DNA of 62,578 nucleotides from Elusimicrobiota bacterium (GTDB lineage Bacteria; Elusimicrobiota; Elusimicrobia; UBA1565; JACRDR01): NCBI GenBank assembly GCA_026388115.1, contig JAPLKK010000035.1, positions 1 to 62,578 of the forward strand, read 5' to 3'. Shown piece by piece: positions 55,738 to 62,578 of this stretch (position 1 is its first letter; each line of letters starts with the position of its first letter). The notes under the pieces were generated by a model. It saw only the letters and a program-made list of their open reading frames with translations, ran no database searches and was not told where the DNA came from. The position numbers and the translations under genes were made by a program.

Positions 55738-55777
55738 CTCCCTCCCCCCTTGTGGGGGAGGGTTGGGGTGGGGGGAA
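55738..55777. repeat. REP-like element, type B copy 2
   Basis: CTCCCTCCCCCCTTGTGGGGGAGGGTTGGGGTGGGGGGAA; similar to 13756-13796. Confidence 0.75.
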
Positions 55778-55874
55778 TTTCCCCAAAGGCCCAACTTCCC
55801 CTGGGTTCATTTTCGCCGGGCGCCGGGTCTCTCCGGCCCAGGGAGCGCGGCGCAGCTCGGTTACAATCATCCTG

Positions 55875-58259
55875 ATGTTGCGCAAGACAATTGCGTCTTG
55901 GCTCGTGCTGTCGCTGCTCTGGTCGACGGCCGCCCAGGCACAGGTCGTCGCGGGGCCGCGCGTCGTCGCGCCGGCGCCGGTCGTTTTCGTGCCGGTCGCC
56001 GGGGTCGCCGGCGCGCCTGTCGGAGCGCCCAGCCTCTCGCCGACGCCGCTGTCCGCTTCTCCGGCCGGTGCAGTCTCTTCGCTCTCTCCAGTCCCAACGT
56101 TGCCTATTGCGCCCGCCTTGACGCCTTCCGCGGCCTCTGCCGCTTCCGCTGCCCTCGCCTCATCCGCGGCTCCGTTGGCCGACTCCGCCGCGGTGTTGGC
56201 CAAGGCCGGGGCGAAGGTGACGCAAGAGCGCGGCACCACCGCGGTCAACGGCGCGGCGATTCCCCGGGCCGCGGATGTGGCCGCCATGCCCGCGGGTGCC
56301 GCCAAGGAGTCGGGCGAGCGCGTCATGGACGCGGTGCTCGGCCAGAAGACCTCGGCGGCCGGCTCGGGGGAAGTGTACGTTGGCAGGACCTGGCACCTGC
56401 ATTATCCGTGGCGCGACTGGTCCCACGTCAGCGGAGATATGGCGTCGGACGACAAGGTCAAGGCCACCAACGGCGAGCATCCGGTCGAATCCTTGCGGGA
56501 GATACTTAACCGGACCGGTTGGCGGGCGGATGATCCCGCGGGCTATTCGGTCTCGTTCACCGCCGCCTTGATGGAGATCGCGCGCAAGCTTTTCGGCGAC
56601 GGCTGGATGCAGCGCTGGCGCGAGGCCATCTCGTGGCGCACGGCCAACGGCTCGCCGCGCATGGAGATGCTGCTGACCGGTTTCCACTTCCTTTATGGGC
56701 TGTTGCCGTGGGGTCCGGCCGCCGACGCTCTTGTACGCTGGAACGTCGGCTACCACCAGACGCTGATGCGCGAGTTCTGGGGGCCTCCCGCGCCCGGCCA
56801 GATGAAGATCTTCCGGCCGCCGGAGGTCGGGTTCAGCCCGGAGCTGGTCCCGGCCCTCGTCAAAGCCGGTGTGCAGGTGGTTGTGGTGGACAGCCATCAC
56901 ATCAGCCGGTCACTCAAGGGCTATGACGCCTCGGGGACGGCGAACATCACGCCGCCCAACCCCGCCGATCAGAGGAACACCGCTTCGCCGATGGATTATC
57001 AGACGTCCGGACAGGATGGCCATGACACGAAGGACGTGCTGCCTGCCGCCTATCTGCCGCACTGGCTGCGCTACACCGACCCGGCCGACGGCAAGGAATA
57101 CAAGATCATCGTCTTTCCCATGGCGGGCGGACCTTCTTACATCGCGGGCTACCGTTCTTTCCCCACGGACCTCGTGACGGGCGCGGCCCGCTTCGGCGCG
57201 CCGGGCCGGCCGCTGGTCATGGGGCTCGACACCGACGGCGACAACGCGTGGGGCGGGGGCTTCAGCAGCTACATGGAGGCGATGCCGAACCTGGCGCGAT
57301 GGCTCGATTCCAACGGCCATCACTTCGGCACGATCCAGGAGTACTTGAAGCGCTATCCCGTGCCCGAGAACGACGTGCTCGATTGGGTGGAGCCGGGCGC
57401 GTGGCCGAACGCGGACTGGGGCTCGCCTCAACTGCACCGGTGGTCGTGGCCGCCGATCGCGCCCGGGCCGCAAGGCCGGCCGGTGTTCAAACCCGAGAAC
57501 TGGAACTTCAAGCTGCAGTTCCACGCCCTGTTGGCCATGGCCGTCCATTACCTGCTCCAAGGCGAGGCGGCGCTGAAGGCTCGCGACCCCGGCTGTGAGC
57601 CGGACATGGGCCGGATCGTCAAGGCCGACTCGGGCCCCGCCAACACGTGGGAGGCGGCGGTTCAAGCGGTGCTGCGCGCGTTCGACTCCGGGCACGTCTA
57701 TTACGGCCCGGAGACGGACCTCGTGCAGATCCCTCTGCGCGCCGCCAAGGCCGCGGTGGACGCCGTGATGCCGCTGTTGGTGGGCAGATCTTTCGCCGCC
57801 CCGACCATTTGGGGCCCGTCGCGCTTCCCCTGGAATCCGGGCGGCGAGAACCGCGGCGAGCTTTACGGCTGGCAGTCCCGGCAGTACGGTCCGGAGTTCG
57901 ACGCCTTCGGCTTCGTCTTCTCGGCCGCGGGCTTGAAGCGCGTCGAGCTGAAGTGGCGCGTGTCGGGCGACGGGCGGACGGCCCCTGGGCCGGAGAACCT
58001 GCTTTACGCCGAGCCCGCGGGCGGAGCCGTCGGCGGCTGGAAGGCCGCGCCGATGGAACTGCGGGACGCCTATTCGCAAGTCGAATGGAAAGGCCTGCCG
58101 GAAGACCAGCGCGTTTCGGGCCTGCCGAACCTCGCCCATGCGCACGTCGCCGCCGGAGAGAACGTGCTCGTGGATTACTACATCGAGGCTGAAGGCAACG
58201 ACGGCCGGATCCAGCGCTCGCCCATCTCCCACGTCTGGGTGGGAAAGCCGAAGCCTTGA
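55875..58259 (+). CDS. Secreted glycoside hydrolase family 57 protein with Ala/Pro-rich leader
   Basis: 'WHLHYP' (HxHQP-like), 'FRPPE' (nucleophile region), 'VVVDS.H', 'DTDGDN' (acid/base region); signal peptide. Confidence 0.75.
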   Translation: MLRKTIASWLVLSLLWSTAAQAQVVAGPRVVAPAPVVFVPVAGVAGAPVGAPSLSPTPLSASPAGAVSSLSPVPTLPIAPALTPSAASAASAALASSAAPLADSAAVLAKAGAKVTQERGTTAVNGAAIPRAADVAAMPAGAAKESGERVMDAVLGQKTSAAGSGEVYVGRTWHLHYPWRDWSHVSGDMASDDKVKATNGEHPVESLREILNRTGWRADDPAGYSVSFTAALMEIARKLFGDGWMQRWREAISWRTANGSPRMEMLLTGFHFLYGLLPWGPAADALVRWNVGYHQTLMREFWGPPAPGQMKIFRPPEVGFSPELVPALVKAGVQVVVVDSHHISRSLKGYDASGTANITPPNPADQRNTASPMDYQTSGQDGHDTKDVLPAAYLPHWLRYTDPADGKEYKIIVFPMAGGPSYIAGYRSFPTDLVTGAARFGAPGRPLVMGLDTDGDNAWGGGFSSYMEAMPNLARWLDSNGHHFGTIQEYLKRYPVPENDVLDWVEPGAWPNADWGSPQLHRWSWPPIAPGPQGRPVFKPENWNFKLQFHALLAMAVHYLLQGEAALKARDPGCEPDMGRIVKADSGPANTWEAAVQAVLRAFDSGHVYYGPETDLVQIPLRAAKAAVDAVMPLLVGRSFAAPTIWGPSRFPWNPGGENRGELYGWQSRQYGPEFDAFGFVFSAAGLKRVELKWRVSGDGRTAPGPENLLYAEPAGGAVGGWKAAPMELRDAYSQVEWKGLPEDQRVSGLPNLAHAHVAAGENVLVDYYIEAEGNDGRIQRSPISHVWVGKPKP

Positions 58260-58266
58260 GTCGCGG

Positions 58267-59421
58267 CTAACGTTTCTTCGGGTACAGAGCGGCCGCTATG
58301 GCGTCGACCGCCCCGCGCACGACGGCGGGGCGGGCGTCGCCTCCGATGAAATAATACTCGCCGAAGCCGGCCAAGCCGGCGCGCGCCCGCTCCTGGGCGT
58401 AGCGCGTGCGCCACAAGTCCACCCTGGAGTCGCTCCAGTTGTGGATGTTCCCGTTGTAGCCCGTTGCTTGGCCTTTGGGGTTCAGGACGTTGTAGCCGGG
58501 AGTCATGAGCGCGGCGTAGCGGTCCGCCAGCTTGGCCGCGATCCCTCCGCGCGCCCGCAAGGCGGCCTCCACGGCTTGATGCATCTGCTGGGCGGACCGG
58601 ACGGGGTCGCCGTCGAACACGGGATATTCCTCTCCCAGGATGAGCCGGCCGGAGCGGTTCACCTCTTCGATGAGCCTGTCGGAGTAGTCGCCGCGCATCG
58701 TGGCGAACCTCTCGGGATGGGGGATGCAGATGAGACCCGTCAGGGGCTTGTCGCCCAACTCCGGGCGGCCGAAGGCGAGGCCGTGAAGCTCCCCGGCCAA
58801 GAAGCGCCGCCAGACGGCGCCGCTAGCCGAGAGGGAGAAAGCCTCGGAGATGATCTCGTCGAATTGCCAGGAGTCGACGATGGCGCCCTCCCTCGCCGCC
58901 TTGCGGATCTGGTCGCGCAACCGGCGTCCCATCTCGAGCCCCCAGTGCATCTGGACATCGGGATCCAGCTTGGCGAGAGCGTGCTCGATCTGCTGCGTCG
59001 GCTCGCTGAGCGAAAGGTCGTGCGGAAGAGGACCGGCGTATGCCGCCGCCGACTCCGGCAGCTTCTCAAGGTCCTGCGGCGTCAACACCCGCTCGGGCCT
59101 GCTCGGATCCTTCCGGTTGACCGCGGTGAGCATCGGCGCGTAGCGCCAGTTCGCCCCTTCCTTGTGTAAGGCGGCGGAAAGATCGGGATCGACGCCGTAG
59201 GCGCCGAGGTAGAGGACGGAGGACCGGAAGACGCGGCTGCGGCTTCTGAGGGCGTCTAGAAGCGTCGGGAGGCTGTCTTTTCCAAAGCCGGAGAAGAACG
59301 CCGCCGGAGCTTTGGCGGCCGGGGGCTTCGCCTGGGACGCCGCTCCCGCCGCCCATGGCGCGGAGAGGAGTGCCTCGACAAGAAAGACCATGGCCATCAG
59401 GAGCACGGTCGGCAAGCGCAT
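58267..59421 (-). CDS. Secreted hypothetical protein
   Basis: GGAGG SD; signal peptide MRLPTVLLMAMVFLVEALLSAPWA. Confidence 0.75.
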   Translation of the reverse strand: MRLPTVLLMAMVFLVEALLSAPWAAGAASQAKPPAAKAPAAFFSGFGKDSLPTLLDALRSRSRVFRSSVLYLGAYGVDPDLSAALHKEGANWRYAPMLTAVNRKDPSRPERVLTPQDLEKLPESAAAYAGPLPHDLSLSEPTQQIEHALAKLDPDVQMHWGLEMGRRLRDQIRKAAREGAIVDSWQFDEIISEAFSLSASGAVWRRFLAGELHGLAFGRPELGDKPLTGLICIPHPERFATMRGDYSDRLIEEVNRSGRLILGEEYPVFDGDPVRSAQQMHQAVEAALRARGGIAAKLADRYAALMTPGYNVLNPKGQATGYNGNIHNWSDSRVDLWRTRYAQERARAGLAGFGEYYFIGGDARPAVVRGAVDAIAAALYPKKR

Positions 59422-59489
59422 ATTCCCTCCTTGAGCAAGGATAGCCAATGATAGCGGGGCGGCGCTTGGGCGGGCAAGGAAAGCTTTTT

Positions 59490-60668
59490 TCAAGGCGCGT
59501 CGGTCAGGTCTTCCAGGCCGGTCGCCGCGGAGAGGTAGGGCTCCAACAGCGCGTCGAAGCGGAGCAGGTTGGACCGAGCCGCGTTCCAGTAAGCTTTCGA
59601 TTGCCGCGCGTCGAGGCCCGCTCGCTCGAGCCGCGCGCGAAAGCGCTCGTCGAACCCCGGCGCCTCCATCATGCGCTGGACGCGCAGCGCCTCTTCGCGA
59701 TAATCCTCGCGCGGCAGGGGGGGGTGCAGGCGCACGAAGGGGGCGCGGCCCATCCGGATCTCGACGGGGATGAGGGGGAGGTCGCTGTCGGTCAATCTGA
59801 GCGGCTCGCGGCGCACCTGGGCGCGGCCGACGAGCATGGGCTTGCGGCCTTCGCTCAATCGAAGACGCTCCGGGCCAAGCTCCGCGAGGCCGAAGACCAA
59901 AGACAGCGTGGCCAGGGCGGCGCGCTCCTTGGGAGCGAGCGGCCTGAAGGCCTTGGAAGTCTCTCCGGCCTCGGGGCGCTTGTCGCGCTCGGCGCCCGTC
60001 TCGAAGATGTCGGCGTAAAAGGAACGGAGGACTTCGCGCATCAGGAGGTCGTTTTCCATCTCCGGGGTCAGGGGGCCGCGAGGAGGAGGCGTGAGGGCAA
60101 CCGGCGGCTTTTCCGAAGGCGGCGGCGGCGCTTGGGCCGGTGGTGACGGCGGGAGGGTGGGACTTGCCCTCACCCCGGCCCTCTCCCGCTTCGCGGGAGA
60201 GGGAGAATGTCGCGGCCGCTTGGCGACCCCCTTTGGCTTCGCGGCTGATTTCGGCTCCAGCACCGTTTTCGTGACGAGCGCGCCGTTGACGAGCGTCGCG
60301 ACGCGCGTCAGCTGTTCCGAGCCGTCGAATTCCTCGATGCGCGCGGGCCGGCCGCTCTCAAGGTCGATCGTGACCACGCGCAGACCGACCTTCCGTCCGC
60401 GGCGGTACTTGTGGAAGCGGATCTGAGGCAGGCCTTGGGCGTTGTAGCCCTTCAGCGTGACCGTCTCCTCATCGCCGTGCTTGGAGCGGCCGGTCACGCG
60501 GAAGCCGCCCGGGCTGCCGGTGGCGATGCGGACCGCGGGCGCGACCGCGGCGGCCGTCGAGGCTGGAACGGCGGGTGCCGGCGGCGCGCCGGTGGAAACG
60601 GCGACGACCGCCGGCGCCGCCGAGAGCGGCGCCGCGATCAGGAAATACGCGAGGAAGGCGCTATTCGT
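59490..60668 (-). CDS. Secreted hypothetical protein with Pro-rich linker; start uncertain (in-frame ACG at 60668)
   Basis: Signal-like NSAFLAYFLIAAPLSA; no in-frame ATG/GTG at expected start; contains REP-derived peptide. Confidence 0.6.
   Translation of the reverse strand, partial: TNSAFLAYFLIAAPLSAAPAVVAVSTGAPPAPAVPASTAAAVAPAVRIATGSPGGFRVTGRSKHGDEETVTLKGYNAQGLPQIRFHKYRRGRKVGLRVVTIDLESGRPARIEEFDGSEQLTRVATLVNGALVTKTVLEPKSAAKPKGVAKRPRHSPSPAKRERAGVRASPTLPPSPPAQAPPPPSEKPPVALTPPPRGPLTPEMENDLLMREVLRSFYADIFETGAERDKRPEAGETSKAFRPLAPKERAALATLSLVFGLAELGPERLRLSEGRKPMLVGRAQVRREPLRLTDSDLPLIPVEIRMGRAPFVRLHPPLPREDYREEALRVQRMMEAPGFDERFRARLERAGLDARQSKAYWNAARSNLLRFDALLEPYLSAATGLEDLTDAP
60165..60207. repeat. 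REP-like element type A inside CDS
   Basis: TGCCCTCACCCCGGCCCTCTCCCGCTTCGCGGGAGAGGGAGAA; translated on minus strand as SPSPAKRERAGVRA. Confidence 0.9.
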
Positions 60669-61044
60669 CGAGGCGCTTGGCCAGGCGCGTGAGCTCGTTG
60701 CCGATCTCGCGCAGGCCCGCGGCGAGGTTGACGCGGATGCGCTCGCCCGCTTCGACGCCGCGCTTCTTGCCGGTCTGAACGACCTTGCCGAGCTGCGAGC
60801 CGAGTTCCCCCGGCTTCTCACTGTCCTTGGCGGACTTCACCGCGTCGACGACCTTCTCGCTGACGCGCTTGAGGCTGTGGGTGAGCTCCGAGCCGACGGC
60901 GCGGAGTTCCTCGCTCTGGGCCACGGCCTTGAGCGTCTCGGCCAGCTGCTTGCCGAGCGCCGTCACCTCGCGGGCGACGCTGGCGCGCCCTTCCTTTTCC
61001 GACTGCGGCGAAACGTTCTTTCCCTTGTGCGATTTCCTCGGCAT
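60661..61044 (-). CDS. Small helical hypothetical protein (127 aa)
   Basis: GGAGG SD and TATACT upstream; amphipathic helices. Confidence 0.75.
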   Translation of the reverse strand: MPRKSHKGKNVSPQSEKEGRASVAREVTALGKQLAETLKAVAQSEELRAVGSELTHSLKRVSEKVVDAVKSAKDSEKPGELGSQLGKVVQTGKKRGVEAGERIRVNLAAGLREIGNELTRLAKRLDE

Positions 61045-61076
61045 GAAAAAACCTCCGTATTCCTAGTCAGTATAGC

Positions 61077-62573
61077 TCATCCGGCTGTTTCCGCTTCAAC
61101 GGCCGGCTCGGGGGCTTCGCCGGCGGGCCCGGAGGCCGGCGGCTCCGGCGCCGCCACGAAGTCGGCGAGGGCTTGGTGGAAGGTGGTGTCATCCAGATCG
61201 GTCAGCTCCTCCAGCTCGCGGTTGGCCGCCGTGTATATCGCCGAGGCGAGATACGCCGCCTGCTCGGCGGGCGCAAGCGACGAGCTGAGGAGCGCCATCA
61301 CCGTCGGATGGTAGGCTTGCAGCAGGCAGATGCCGTCCGGCGAGATGGTGACGAGCGGCGCCTCTGGGTCGGCCTCCGGCGACACCGCGAGAGTCAGGTG
61401 CCGGAGCTTGAGGCCGCGCCATCCGCGCAGATGCCGCAGGATGTCTCGCGCACGGGTGATGGTCTCCGGTTCCTGCGGCTTATCGCCGCCGTCCTCCGGC
61501 TCGGGGACGGCGAGCGGGGGGGGCTCGGGCCTTTGCGGCTCCGGTTTGACCGGTTCGAGCTTGCAGCCGGTCGCGCGGGCGAGGAGTTGGATGAGCGCGG
61601 CCGTCAGGACGGGCGCGTCGGCCGCGTCCTTCGGCGCGTCGGCGAGCTCGTGCTCGGCGTACGGCAGGACGCCTTGCCGCCGCACGCCGAGCAGGATCAT
61701 GTCGTCCATGCTCGCCCACGAGCCGCCGAGGGTGCGGAAGAGCTTCAGGCGCTTGAGCCGCTGGCTCTCTTCGGCCGCCTGCTTGGGCGGGTAGCCCGGC
61801 TCGAGCTGCAGGAGCAGGAGCCGCAGGACCTGCTCGACGGCCGCGTCGTACTGGGGCGTGCGCGGGCTCGCCACCGGCCAATGGTCGGCCAGGTCCATCG
61901 TGAAGCGGTGCAGGAGGGCCTGGACGGCGTCGGCGCGAGAGGCTCCGGCGGGGCCGTTCCAGCCGCCGATCTCGACGCGGGCCGCCCCCATGAAATGCGG
62001 CGCGTCCGGCCAATCCACCGGCTTGCCGTTGCGGAACGCGCTGAAGGAGGCGGAGCCGGGCTTGGCCGGCAGGCCGATGCGCGCCGACAGGCCGTTCTCG
62101 TGGTAGATGCGCGAGAAGAGCATGGGCTCGGTGAACATGAGGTGCGGCGGCGGCGTGTAGGGGGCCTCGGCGGCCGCGGGCGCCGGCGCGGCGGGCGCGG
62201 CCGCGGCTTGCGCGGGGGCCGACGCGGCCGCAGGAGGCGGCGACGCCTTGATCGCCGGCTGCAGGAACTTCTGCCACCCCGGAACGATCGCGCGCAAGAA
62301 CGCCTCCTCGCGTTCGTCGAGGAGGACGTCCGCCTGGGCCGCCTCCTCGTTCCCGGGACGCGCGTAGCTCACCGTCACGCCGCCGGCCAGGCGCGTCGTC
62401 ACTTGGGTCAGCGACCAGCCCGGGCCCAAGGCATGGCGGAAGAACGGGATGGCGTCGAGGAACTCCACGAGATTTTGGCGCGGGCGCGCCGGGCCCTTGC
62501 CCGGCCAGGGAGCGAGCAGATACTCGAGCGCGTCGAGCAGGAAGCGGCGCTCGGGGCTCCGCGGCGACTGCAT
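61077..62573 (-). CDS. Hypothetical protein, possibly C-terminal part of a longer ORF extending beyond the window
   Basis: Frame stays open to the window edge; natural globular segments separated by Pro/Ala linkers. Confidence 0.65.
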   Translation of the reverse strand: MQSPRSPERRFLLDALEYLLAPWPGKGPARPRQNLVEFLDAIPFFRHALGPGWSLTQVTTRLAGGVTVSYARPGNEEAAQADVLLDEREEAFLRAIVPGWQKFLQPAIKASPPPAAASAPAQAAAAPAAPAPAAAEAPYTPPPHLMFTEPMLFSRIYHENGLSARIGLPAKPGSASFSAFRNGKPVDWPDAPHFMGAARVEIGGWNGPAGASRADAVQALLHRFTMDLADHWPVASPRTPQYDAAVEQVLRLLLLQLEPGYPPKQAAEESQRLKRLKLFRTLGGSWASMDDMILLGVRRQGVLPYAEHELADAPKDAADAPVLTAALIQLLARATGCKLEPVKPEPQRPEPPPLAVPEPEDGGDKPQEPETITRARDILRHLRGWRGLKLRHLTLAVSPEADPEAPLVTISPDGICLLQAYHPTVMALLSSSLAPAEQAAYLASAIYTAANRELEELTDLDDTTFHQALADFVAAPEPPASGPAGEAPEPAVEAETAG

Positions 62574-62578
62574 CGCCA

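Noticed and set aside
22803-60207. Repeated palindromes as a CRISPR array
   Set aside because: Copies are kilobases apart with no spacer periodicity and no cas genes.

Overview
62.6 kb of very GC-rich bacterial chromosome; style and gene content suggest an Elusimicrobiota-like organism (inference, not verified). No rRNA, tRNA, CRISPR array, transposase or prophage was recognised. Core genes: dapF, a lesioned dapA, a group III PFK, dnaE, a dGTPase-like HD protein, lexA, SUI1/yciH, acnA, glgP, a RecQ-like helicase, class II RNR (nrdJ) and signalling proteins, interspersed with many secreted hypothetical proteins. Main observations: (1) four unrelated enzymes (tandem ADP-ribosyltransferase-like, CPBP protease, four-HKD phospholipase D/nuclease, GH57) share an N-terminal architecture of signal peptide, Gln, long Ala/Pro/Ser linker and a short hydrophobic-Asp-(x3)-Gly motif, and three of them have a candidate palindrome GGGYCYTARGRCCC upstream, suggesting an undescribed sorting signal and regulon; (2) a 43-nt REP-like palindrome is translated in frame as SPSPAKRERAGVRA in two unrelated proteins; (3) an ORF6N gene carries a palindrome in its coding sequence that is repeated upstream of the gene; (4) eight genes have a -10 hexamer 6-7 nt before the start codon (probable leaderless mRNAs); (5) lexA has a Firmicutes-type GAAC-N4-GTTC box.
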